DNA of 63,000 bases, the filler included, from Bigelowiella natans CCMP2755 (lineage: Eukaryota > Protista > Cercozoa), in the NCBI GenBank assembly GCA_000320545.1. It is 8 parts of 8 records of this genome, joined end to end, with 100 filler letters (N's around TTAATTAATTAA, not from the genome) between each part and the next. Parts side by side here need not be neighbours in the genome. Positions count along the whole stretch, not along the records: positions 11,063 to 30,202 come from ADNK01000944.1; 7 more parts are not named here. The stretch is one strand, 5' to 3'. Below are positions 11,259-23,706 of this stretch, one piece after another. Below the pieces are notes generated by a model, which searched no databases, was not told the DNA's origin, and was given only the letters and a program-made list of their open reading frames with translations. The position numbers and the translations under genes are program-made. How positions within the stretch are numbered: position 1 is the stretch's first letter; the number at the start of each line of letters is the position of its first letter.

Positions 11259-14200
11259 AACAACAACAACAACAACGAAGCTTTGGAGCTGAAAAGTATG
11301 GTTCTAAGTGACACGCATATACTGCTCATCGTACATGCACTGGCGACTGACTCGTCTTTACTACGCATTGCACAGACACGGTCAACCAACCATGTGGTGA
11401 GAGGGCAGCTGGGGTTGTTGATAGCTGCTGCAATGGCCTCAGCACCGCCATTTCCCACGATATTATTGCCTGCAGAGGGCGGAGGAGGAGGAGAACCATT
11501 GACGATTCGATCCTAGTCGTCATTCTACGCATCTTTGGTGCTACTGTTACTGTAACAACAGCAACAACAACAACAACAACTACTACTACTACTACTATCA
11601 ACCGCTACTTCCAAGGTTCTCCATACCTAGTAAAAGACGCGTAATTCCTTTGCTGCCGATCAACGAATCGAGAAGCGGAGATATACCCTGAGGCCCGACA
11701 ACCTAAGGAGAAATGCATCGAGCTCATGCTAATATATGTCATGCCGACTGCTGCTGCTGCTGCTTTCTACTGCACACTACTTGCTTGCACAGATCTAGCC
11801 TTCCATCCGCCATAATCGTTCCTGACGAATACAACGAAGGCGAAGTAAATCAAAGCTACAGAACAAACCGCCGGGGAAAGAGATAGGGAGGGGGGGGGGG
11901 GGGAGGGGGCATGTTCTCTACCCAACAACCACATATTCTAACAAAATACCGCCTAAATACACACCATCTTCTCTCCCCATGACACATCTAGAAGCGCGCG
12001 CGACCGCTGCCTCTAATTTGTCACCTCGCGGAAACTGCATCATCGAAGACGTTGCTGACGCTTTGCCCCCCCCCTCGCCGACGTCGCTCTTCTTGTTATC
12101 GATGTGCGTGAGCAAAGGCCGGAGCTGTTCCATGGCGCACGGAATCACGGGTTCGGGCGTTGGTCGGAGCACCTGCTGCGACAAGCCCTTCTTCGATAGC
12201 ATCTCCCAAACTTCCCCGTCGGAACCCTTCTCCCCGTCGTCCAAAAGGCGTCGCGCTCTTAGGTTGTGAGCCTGCGCGTAGAGGCTCTTCTTCATGTCCA
12301 TGAACTCGGGCGTAGACGCAAAGAGAATCTTCTTCAGGAACATGCAGTGCGCACGATACAAGTTGCGTTGAATGCCTTTTGCCACTCTCAATGAGTCCTC
12401 CTCCCGCCGCCCTCCGTTCTGCTGCTGCTGCTGCTGGTGGTCCTCAGCGCCCCCCCCCCCCCCCCCCCCCTCCCTCCCTCTTTTTAGCGAAGCCGCGTCC
12501 ACTTGCCTCTGCAGATCGGCCAGGGGGTAGAGCAACTCGGCTATGCGATGAGCGGATTTCGCGCAGCTTTTATCCAAAAACCCTCGAAACTGGGGACAAG
12601 CCCAAGCGCTCTCAGAAGGGAAATCTCCTATTTTCAGCTCCTGCTGCTGCTGCACTCCGTGGTCGCGATTGTTTTGGCCGGAGGCGACTGCGACGACCCC
12701 ACTCTCCCCCATGAAACGCCTCCGGTCGATACCCACAACGCTATGTTTGCTCTTTGCACGAGCACATGCCAGAATGCGCTCATCGAGTTGTCCGCGCTGC
12801 TGCCCCCCCCCGCCCTTTCCTCCTTCGACGTACCTTGCTTTCACTCCGGGTAGAGGCTCTGGCTTTAGTTTATATGTCAGCGCGCACAGTAGATCTGCTC
12901 GCAGCTGTTCCGCGACCATGGATACACAGGCATTCGACAACAGCTGCTCCGCAGACGAGAAGGTTGGGGGGGGGGAGGGGCGACAAAGAGATTCCTTCCC
13001 ATCCTCCTCCCCCTGCGGTTTCTCTTCCATTCCCTTCGATGGCGAACGATGCATGCTGGTAGCACCTGTCTTTTCTTGCAGCTCCCCCGACCGCGCCTTT
13101 TCGCCCCGCCCCGCCCCAACAGCATCAGGCCGAGACGCGACGACGGCATTGACGTGGTAGTCGAGCCGCAGCAGGTCGCTCCAAGTGAGAAAAACGGGGA
13201 TAAACGACAGGATGTTTTGCGAGATAGCGCCGAGTTTCTCATCATCCTTTCGCAATGCAAGGCCGCAGCAGGGCGTGGTTAGCGCCTGCAAGCATATCTC
13301 TCGCATCAGCCTGAAAAACGACGTATCTAGTCGCCGCTCGATGGAGGTGTAGCACGACGCTGTCTCATGCCGCCTCCCCCCTAATGGGAGCGGGCCACGC
13401 GAGACCGAAGCGAAGGCAAAGAGAAGCAAATCATCTCGAGCGTCTTCATACCGTACTTGCTCATCGTGGACCATGCGGAATCCAGCCGCCACGAAATCAC
13501 GAGCTTCCTGGTGGGAGATAAGGGCACCATTGCTACTTCTAGCAGCCAGGATTCTCTTCCAAACGGCGTGCCGCTCGAGGACGATCCTTGATTGTCTTGT
13601 GAGGCCATAGAGGAGGCCGATGGGGCCTCTCGCCTTCTTCCTTTGGCGGCTTCGGTTGGCTGACAATGTTGCTCGAAGCTTTCCTTCAATGCCCTTCACC
13701 GGCTCTCTCATTGCTGTATGTGATGATGGGGGAGAGGACGATGCTCTTCCTCCTACCCCCCCTCCTCCGCTCTCCACCCCTTCCTTTTCTCGCCTCTCCT
13801 TGAATATGCGCTCGCGCTGCAGGGCAACGAATCGAGCGATTCGCTCTGTCGGCCAGAGGGAAGGAACGAAATGACCCCCGCCGTGCTGTACTATCTCCGG
13901 CTTGTGGAAACCTGACAGACGGGGTGTGGGTACATTCACGACAGTTACGCGCTGCGAAGTCGATATAATATGAAGCTGGTATGATGTTGGTGCTGTCGAC
14001 GATAACGACGACGATGATGATGATGATGATGATGATGATGACGGGGGGGCGATGTAGAGGGGGTTGGATTTCGTCAAAGTGTTCATCGAAGAAAGCAGAG
14101 CTTACTATTTGCCAGAGCTAAGGTTCTCTTTGAATCCACCAGTATATCTTTCGCGCCATACACGTGCAGTGATGGGAGGTCGATCTTGGGCCTCTTCCCC

Positions 14201-14883
14201 TCCCCCATCTCCTTGAAGATTGAGCCGTGCTTTGCGTTTCGAGGCACGAACCCGGAAATATTGACAGCAAAGGAAAACCTGATTCCGCTCTCCTTATCTG
14301 CTGGAACTTGCGTTTGTTGTTCGCTCTGTTGTTGTTGTTGTTGCTGCTGCTGCTGCTGTAACAACGAGAGGAGTCCTACCATGGCGCCTCCTTGGCTAAA
14401 TCCTATCACTCCATCGAAAGGTCCTTGCATGTAAGGGATTATACGGAAATGATGATGATGGTGATGGTGATGGTGATGGTGATGGTGATGATGATGATGA
14501 TTGGAATGCAGGACGAAATAATGGAACAGCACGAAGGGGAGGGAGACAGGAAGAAGGCATATTAGCGCTTCATTACCTTCGCGCTTGAAAAGGTTTTTGA
14601 GGAACTGAACGCTCGCTCCCAGCCCCTGATATTCTTGGTCAAAGTGGTTGGAAGTAGCCGTCGATGCTGCTGCTGCTGATGATAATGATGGTGGTGATGA
14701 TAGTGCGGTTGGCCCAGTTTGTTGCTTGATATTTCCTTGGTTAACTTCTGCCTCATCATTATCTTCACGGACCTATAACATTTGGAATGGGGATGGGGTC
14801 GGTTAGACTTCCTTCAAATGTAGGTTACGTTGCTACTGCTGCGTCTGGATGGTCCGGGGGACTAGCTGGAAAAATAGTACTGA

Positions 14884-14920
<37 letters not shown>

Positions 14921-15012
14921 TATAATATATATACATCGATTGTCGAAGAACAAATGTTTCCACAGAGGACAAATGTGCTCACAGAGCAAATCAACCGGCC
15001 TTTCTCCTCCTC

Positions 15013-15051
<39 letters not shown>

Positions 15052-16327
15052 TATCGTTCTCTATTGTTCCAAATAAACCCATTGGAGGTTTGAGTAGTCG
15101 CTCTTATTACTGCTGATGTTTGTTGTTCTTGTTGTTTCCAGCAGAGGCTGTGGAAGAGAAAACTTCTTTTATACTACCGCGTTCCCCCAGACTCGATTAT
15201 GCCCGGAATGAGGGACAAAATCACTTCCAAACGCCCTCATCGCTGCATCATGTACCTAGATAATGTTGAAGAGCAATTGATTGTGAGAGAAGGGGGGGGG
15301 GGGTGGGTTACGTGCCAGCCATTCCCTTCTCCTACTCCTTTCGATATCATCACAAATCCGAACGATTTTCAAGATTACTTAACATATCTAACAATCCCCG
15401 CAGCTGTAGTATTGGGGCACGTGTGAGCGAGTGGACGACTGCACAACACCCAAAGACCCAATCAGCACTTCTTCTGCTAATCTCTATTCTCTTTTTCGGG
15501 GAAACATCATCATCGTCTCTGCCGCGCTAAGGAATAGCACCTCTTTCTTCGGAACGTAAGGATGGGGAGCGTTCGCATACACCAACATAGCATCCTTGCT
15601 CATTGCAGCACGCAATTTCTTAGTTTTTGTACTGTTAAGACGGAGAGTAAGGGAGGGGGGGGGAGGGGGAGGATTTTAACACTAGATGCAATTTTAATAG
15701 AGAAATTCAGTTTGTATTGTCCCAGCGAGAAGTCATTTGTTAATATCATCACCGAAGAGACGTTGAGTTTTGGCGGAATGAATGAAGAACCAGGATCTTC
15801 AGCCTTCCTTCTAATACTATGAACATTGTAACAACAACAATAATAAGGATGCTGATAATAATGATAGATCTGTCCCATCCACCCCGCTGGAAAAACAGAC
15901 GTAGTATCATCACCGACAAATGAAGGAGGACAAGGAGGGGCTACTTAACCGCTAACAGCGCTGCCACTTTAGTATATTGGCACACCATGCACACCATGTC
16001 TAACTAGCAAGGAAATAGAAAGAACTATTCAGATAACCGTGGTCAGAGGCCGCTGTATGCGATGTAGTCTTACAGTCATCGACATCAACATCGCTCGCAT
16101 AAGCTTGATCTTGGGGAGAGGAGAGGGTATTCCCTTTGGTTCTCCTCTTCGTCCAGACGCGGACGCTATCAGCCTTTTGCCTACCTGGAAATTAGCATTG
16201 CAGCAGGGGCGATGGGGGGGAGGGTTGTAGTAATCGGAGGTAGAAGAGGAGGAGGCGGAGGACACCATGAATTAATTTGCTTATTCGCTAATTAGGGAGG
16301 GGGGGTACCAGCAACGAGATACCACAA

Positions 16328-16368
<41 letters not shown>

Positions 16369-16890
16369 TTCATCCTTGGTACAATAATCTCTTCCCTCTG
16401 AGCACTATAATGAATGTGGATGTTGTTATGGTTGTTATAATTAATTTTGGCCTCTCGTGCATTGAGGAGGAACGACGACCGTATTTTGTTTTCGTGAGCC
16501 AGCTCCTCTCCTCTGGCGTTGATTCGCGATTCAGTAGCATATTACGATGAGGATATCTGAAGGAAGAACCACGCACGCAACTTAGCACTTATCAGTGTTG
16601 CCTTTCATATCTTTCGGATGAGTGTAAAGGGGCGGGGGCGGGGGCGGGGGTGAGGGAGGTTGAGGGGGGGAAGGGAGGGGTAATATATGCATTTGCGCAA
16701 TCCACCACACCAGTGGTAGTGAGGAGAGGAGTAGCATACCTCTGGAAGTTCTGCAGCATCTCGATGTGGCGAAGGACGTTCCGTCGCATATTTCGCACTT
16801 TCAGCCAACGATATTTCTCCCGAGACACGAGCTGGTGACGTACATCATAATGACCCGCATCCTATCAGCAGAATTACTATTTCCCTCTTC

Positions 16891-16939
<49 letters not shown>

Positions 16940-17514
16940 ACTGGTCCCCTGTAGCATTACTTGTGCGTCGTTCTTCATTTCGGCTTTGGATATATTAGCG
17001 AGTATCACTCCGATCATTTCAGAGAGGTCTTTCTCTGCCTGATTGTACACATTATACGAGATCACACGCCAAGGGACGAGTCCCTCATCCCCCCCATCCC
17101 CCCCCCTCTCCCCATTTCCATCTCCCCTTATTTTTGCGACAAGAACCTCCACGACTCGGGCCTGTCTTTCTTGATGCATCAGGGCCACGTTCACAAAGAA
17201 ACGCTGCAAAATAGAAAAACATGGGATTGACGCTGAGGGAACGAGGGGCTCATTCTCAGGCAGGCAGGAGGGGGGCGGAGGGCTTTAATCTGACCTGCGG
17301 AATCGTCATTGATAGATGAAGTTTTCGTTGCTTGATTTGGGTTATGATCTCAGATGTCTTGGAATCTGCAAAGAACATCTCCTTTGTGCCTCGATACCTG
17401 AGTGCCGGTACGGAAAGTAGCATCTCGACTCATCGGCAAGGAACGAACGCATAAAATCATTGAAGAAAAAGAGGGAGGGGGGAGTGGAGGTGGAGGCAGG
17501 GGGGGGGTGGAAAC

Positions 17515-17557
<43 letters not shown>

Positions 17558-17893
17558 CGTCAAAAGCTTACATGTTCCTGGGGAATTGATCGAGAAGCAG
17601 AATAAGAGCAATGGCCTTCGATGAGCTCTCAAGCCACAGAGAAAGATCTGCATTCTCGGCGCTAACAGACCGAACCAGGTTGCCGAAATCGTTTGCAATC
17701 TTCTGATCCGCTTTTGGCCCCCCCCTCCACCAGAGGTTTCCTAGCCATTTTTCCTCCTTGCCAAACCTTACATCATTCGTAGAAATCAGCGTTGCGAACC
17801 TATCGTAGCGGTAATGACAAAAGACTACCAGAACTCAAGTATCTCTTCGACTAATGTCGGCTTGACAAGCGAGGCCGACGACGACGACGCCAT
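11063..17893 (-). CDS. Multi-exon fusion protein: DUF924 + FSH1/OVCA2-like serine hydrolase + long linker + RNI-type LRR domain; 3' end cut by spacer
   Basis: Start MASSSSASLVKPTLVEEILEFW (17893). DUF924 motifs ALILLLDQFPRNM and YPHRNMLLNRESTPEE. FSH1 motifs RLKILVLHSFRQN, GPFDGVIGFSQG, PSLHVYGAKD, HGGGHFVP. Then FPRG/TIMADGRLDLCKQ/VVGPQGI and LRRs (LLGNNIVGNGGAEAIAAAI, YIAGNEIDAKGIKPICQAL). FSH1-to-LRR splice phases check out; the DUF924-to-FSH1 link is less certain. Confidence 0.75.
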
Positions 17894-18378
17894 TCTCCTA
17901 CTTTTTGGCTCAAAATTGATGAGGAGCCCCGCAGATCAAATCAAAGCTGAGCTTGTGTGTTTGGAATAGTCTGCAACAGCACAAGCGGCTAAACCTCTGC
18001 GTGCGGCGTGCTGCTCGGTGACGGAGGGTGCGCGGAAGGCGCCTGAACGTTCCTCCAGACTTCGAGACAACCAAAAAGCGTTGTAACTGTTGTTGTAGGA
18101 AACCTCGTATGTCCAATAATATTAGTCAATCTCGGCGTAAAAATTGGAAATATTCTCGGAGCGTTTTCCGCGTCGGGAATATGCGCAAGAATCTTAGGGA
18201 ATGTTCTCGGGGTTGATTTAAATTGATCTACCGGTACTCGTAGTTGAATTGTGTGAAATTTGTTGTCGCATATGGAAAACGGGATGAATTCCGCTCATTT
18301 TTTGGATTTTCATCATTTTCCAAAAAAGTTCTGTGACTGCCGATCCCCCTCTGCAGAGTTGACAAATCAACGGCGAAG

Positions 18379-19229
18379 ATGATCCAAAGCGACCTCGAGG
18401 CAAAGAGGCCTTCGTCAAATCCCTCGACGCAGGACGGGGGGGGTAAAGGAGGAGGAACTATCGTCCCTTTGCGACTCGGAGACGAGACTGCTCTGCTAAA
18501 GAACCAGGTTTGCAGCACCCAGTCATCATCTGGCACTGTTCATGGTTCATTTAGCGCTGCTTTTCGAATCATGTGACAGCCAACAAACGTGGAAAGGAAA
18601 GAGAGGCTCGATAGCACTAAATCGATACCAGCTGGAAAGCTTGGAGCTGGTGACACAACCCTGCATGTTGGCTTCCTGTCGAAGGTGAAAACACGTTCCT
18701 CCACTGTGCTTAGTAGACCCATACGAACAAACAACAACACCAACACAGGAAGAAGCGAATTCAGCATTGTCGGCTTTCCAGAACGGGGAGGTTATTTTCC
18801 AGCAGTGGTCAGGATAATCCATACTCGCACACAACAAATGGCGTGTTCCCCCCCCCTTCATCGTCGATACCGACATCATCGCCTGGGGACCCTCATCGTC
18901 TTCTTGTCTTCATCATCCATAAAGGTATCATATGCCAGACAAAAGGTCACCAGCTGGCCCGCTCCGTAAGCTGCGAAGAATAAAAGCTGCACTGTAGGGT
19001 TTCCTCTTCCCTCGACCTAGACCGGGAGGCAAAGCTTATATATATGCATATATATATATATTTGCTAAGGTGCAATCCAGAGAAGGATGGTCGCATACCT
19101 CTTTACCGATTCCCAGTCAATGATCAGGTTTCGCAGCGAAATGAATACCCTCTTTCCTTTGAATGCGTTTTGTGAACGCTAAATGCCCCCCAACCTATTT
19201 GCATAGATGGAGTTTCCTTAGTCCTTTCC

Positions 19230-19301
<72 letters not shown>

Positions 19302-20232
19302 ATTGATTTTTATATTTATATTTAAATATCGAAGGAATATATTTGCATTAGATGGGGCTTATCTTTCTGCTATAAAATGTGTAGAAACGCTACGGGGAAA
19401 CCATTCCAATGCCACCTGCGCTGGAAGCTATTCGAAAGCGGTCCAAATAAAAACAACAGTTTATACGTGTTTAAATGTATATATTATGCTCGTGGTAAGA
19501 TCTTATGCCAGAAGGAAATTGACTGTTTGGCATGCAAATTTTTCATTCAACCAGGGCGGCTAAAGTCACAGGATTCGAGTACAATCATGCGGTGGTGCTA
19601 CTCTATAGAAATGGAGACGATTGCATTGGGTATGACTCATCGTCGTCGTCTGGAAGAAAAGTGCTATAGCTTTTAGTGAGATACTTTTTCTAAAATTTCA
19701 AATTGGCAAATCAGAAAGTAGTCCTTCCTTCCTATTCGTAGTACCAAAATATCACACATTCTTCGCCGCATCGATCAGTAATCTCTTTTAGGTTTCACAA
19801 GGACAAAACACTCGATCTGGACGATAAGGCCCCCATTATCTCCATCTCACTTGGTATATGCTCGGAATGATATCAACAACTCTCTCCTTTGCCACCAATG
19901 AGCTCCGGAGCATATCCTCACCTGCTCACATATTAAGTCAGAAGCTCGGAAAGTTTTAGATAACCGATAAATCGCTTTAAAATCACCATGTATGCTTCAT
20001 TGCGTAGGTGCAGAGCGCCCATACGTGCTTAGAGATAATATCAGGTTGTGTCTTATTCCCATTCTAAGTTTTGGAAGAGAGATCTGTCCTCCCCATCCTC
20101 CTCCTCGCTATATATTGACTCTTCATCTCGTAATATAGGGCTCCAAAGATTGAGCAAGAGTTCATCTTCCCTCATGGATCATTGCTAGCTCTCGGACCAG
20201 AAACAAATGCAAAGTGAGAGCTACAGCGTGTC

Positions 20233-20270
<38 letters not shown>

Positions 20271-20272
20271 TA

Positions 20273-20352
<80 letters not shown>

Positions 20353-21864
20353 GTGTATACGTGCGTTTTAAATGCAACAAGAGCAGTGTTCTCGGCCCCT
20401 TGAAAGGAGTCTACACATCCCTCATCGTTTATACTTCTCTCTTTTACTTTAATTCTATCCTGCCAGCTTCTATCATTCAGTCCGGCAGCTTAAGAAAGAG
20501 GAGGAGACTGGCGACGTACGCATCAGCATTACGTTTCGAAAGGTAGTTTCCTGCTCACGATAGATGGACAATGGTTGTAACAAAACCCACCGTTTATTTC
20601 AGTCATGATGTCGTGAAACATTGCATCCTTTGCACATACAAATTTCTCTCAAAAACTCGTTGCTACCCTTGTTATCGCCCTCATCATCGTCATCGTTCTC
20701 ATCACCATCATCACCATCATCACCATCATCACCATCATCACCATCACCATCATCATCATCATCGATATTTTCTATCCCTTCTCGTCGTCCGACAGGTAGC
20801 GACGTTCAGATCCGAAGACGGAAAGGTCGGCCATTGTGATGGAAAAGACTGTGGAAAACTAGAAAAACAACGACAAAAAGGAAAAAGGGAAGGAAAGGGA
20901 GGACATTTTCAGATAACATAGTTCTAGTGATGATTGTGGTGATGATAGTGATGATAGCAATGAGGGGGGGGGGGGGGGGGGTCAGACTGGTGCTAATAGC
21001 AATATCATGTCTATTCGTCATCAGATAATTACTGGAAAAGGCGCGGGGCGGGGGACAAATCTCTGGCCTGAAGCTATCAATGGTCAACTTGTTTTTCCTC
21101 TTCTTCCTCCTCGACGACGCGACAATACTTCACATCTTGCACATAATCACTAGGCGCACACCGCCTGGACACTAAATTGGACGAATCGCTCAAGCAGGCA
21201 GAATCTGTCGAAGACGATGCGAAAGCACGCACGGTTGAGCGACTGACAACAATTGATTGCTAATGCGACAAAGCTAATTTTTCGCATTCCTCAGGTGAGA
21301 GAGGCGCATCACCAAGCCCATGAGAAGAGAATGGCAGAGAGAAAAGCCGCCAAAAAGCAGAAGCAGAGATCTCTCGACAAAACCAAGGTACCTACTTTCC
21401 GCAGTTCACGTCTCTGATCTCTGAATATACAAAAACCCGCGTGGTATGGTGATATTATTGACGATATAGATTGAGGAGAAGTTGAGCGGGGTCAACCGTG
21501 ATGACGGCGAGTCGCTGAAAGACCTTAAAATAAGGTGTTTAGATAGATGTTCCTGGAGTGCCTACTTGTGTGGATACATACATGCTAAGGGAATTGGGGG
21601 TTTTGTGAGCGCAGCTTAAACTCGCCAAATTTAAAAAGGCTCATGGGTCTCGTTCGAAAGGACATTAAGAACTTCGCTCTTCCTGGCGTCAACATTGACG
21701 ATAAAGGTTAATTCACACAGCGATGTACATGCCAATTCTCCTCTCCCTGATTGCATTGAAAATGCCACCTTCCCCAACCAACAGGTATTGAGCAGGAACT
21801 GTCCAGTCTAGTTGGCAAATTTCTCGGTGCTAAGGTAGCTTCATCCAAAAACGCGGAAGCGTAG
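18379..21864 (+). CDS. AlkB-family 2OG-Fe(II) dioxygenase with charged C-terminal extension (multi-exon)
   Basis: Exons FEYNHAVVLLYRNGDDCIG/FHKDKTLDLDDKAPIISISLG/AERPYVLRD/EFIFPHGSLLALGPETNAK/FYHSV...RISITFRKV give the HxD...H...RxxxxxR signature. Stop TAG 21862-21864; start approximate. Confidence 0.8.
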
Positions 21865-23353
21865 ATGGCCATTCAACGGAGCTACAATGAGTAAATGTGC
21901 TACCAATTTGAACAAGTCATCCAAACAAAGGCGTACTCGTGCATTGGCAGCAAGATGCAAGGCAGGCAGCGATGAAAGTCTCAAATGATGCCTAGTCTCA
22001 TTGCATGTGTGTGAATGAGATTCTTGTGGCAAACATGGTGCGCCACTTTTGCTTCACAGTGTGCAGGTGGACACACATGTGGCGCGCCGCAGCATGTTCG
22101 GCGGATGATTCTGCAGCGCACTTGAGAAGAATCAATCGATGAGTTGGGCTCACTAGGCATGCACTGGCGTGTGCCTGCCTTCTGCTAGCTGGCTAGTGCA
22201 ACTAGAGCCGGATCATTCGCACAAACATTCCAATGCCATCTGGCTAGCTGGACCGCACAGCACCAAAGCGTTGAACGCAGGCAGCGTGATGTTGCGCGCC
22301 GCCAACTGTCGTGTGAAAATTTGCGTTTGCTGCACCCGCCATGGCAAAAACCTTTTGGCGCGAATTGCGTCAACAACACATGCGAACTTGAAAAGTGCTT
22401 GTTGTCGTGCTGAACGCTGCCAAAGTGCAAGTCACAAGTTCACATGTGCACTCTGTTGCCATCTTTGCCCGTCACCACAAGCTGAAAGGAGTTCGGAAGG
22501 CACTGCTGTTTCGTCCCCAAACCTGACTCTGGTTCTTCGTTCGGCTTGTCTTCTGCTTTCGCTTTTTTGATGGGCATCTCAATCGTGTCGTCATGCAACG
22601 TTTCGTTTCACGGTTTCCACAACAGTGAATGGGCAGGCATGGTTGTGCAGGATGCTGTCAAGATGCATCCTGAGAGACAATCGCCGCACTTTTCACCAGC
22701 CCCTTTGGTGTTTCTTCATTTCCCTCTCTCCGTCGCTCCCTCTCCTGTGCGTTCGTGCATTGTGTTCGCACAGATCTCATTCTCATGATTTTGTTTTCGA
22801 CATGAATCAACCACAATCATTTCATCAACACCATCCACAATGCAAACAATGCCATCTTCTCTCGACAGTGAACAAACGCGAAAACAAAATCGAAGCAGAC
22901 TCAAATCAATTTCCAATTAATTTTTCAATCAACATCCATCGAATTAAGTGACAACAAAACACAAACGTTCCTCTCCCCCCCCCTCTTGATGAACACCTCC
23001 CCGTCTTGCAAAATGGCTAACCAGGTTGACGACAAACATGAAAATCAAAAGAAGCGAAAATCTGCTGCAAAGAGCATTCCAAACTTGACGATGATGAAAA
23101 AATCACAAGACTCTCAGCCATTCTTTTCTCACCGTGCTAACAAATGCTGCAACTACGGAGACTAGGCATTGATCACACTGCAACTGCTGACCATCTACCA
23201 ACTTCTTGCTAACTAGCTACCGCTGCTACTGCTGATGCGACGTCACTACGCTAGGAAACTACCGTTGGAATGACAGAGGCATTTCACACTGTGCGACTAC
23301 GAAACATGTTTGCATGATGAGAAAAATCAATGAATTTAGATGCAAAATTTGAA

Positions 23354-23383
23354 TTAGGGTTAGGGTTAGGGTTGGGGTTAGGG
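23354..23383 (+). repeat. Short interstitial telomeric repeat (TTAGGG)5 with one TTGGGG variant
   Basis: ttagggttagggttagggttggggttaggg read directly. Confidence 0.85.
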
Positions 23384-23549
23384 ACATCTTTTCGCACAAG
23401 GGATCATTCTTAACAGACATTCTAGACATTCCTAGTGTCATTAGCTCCAAATTCCTATTGTCGTTCCTATCTGAATCCCCACGAAAACCGATCCTGCGAC
23501 AAGACCGCTTGCAATTGATCATTTCTCACATCTCATCTCCGCATCCACA

Positions 23550-23686
23550 ATGTCCGAATTCGATCTAGCCAAGTGTCTCGCCATCCACGGTGTGGCCTCC
23601 TTCACCGCTGCGATGGTGCAAGGTTTCACCATCCCAATGGCCAAATCGTCGAAGCTGGGTTTGACTGCACACCTGAAGACAATTGG
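23550..23686 (+). pseudogene. Orphan first exon of a StyC (styrene-oxide isomerase)-like membrane protein, abutting the retrotransposon
   Basis: MSEFDLAKCLAIHGVASFTAAMVQGFTIPMAKSSKLGLTAHL followed by a GTGAGT donor. Resembles the HG..LF..G...GF.IP....RMGL.AHL pattern. No downstream exons found. Confidence 0.4.
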
Positions 23687-23706
23687 GTGAGTCTCTGAAT
23701 GTCAAT

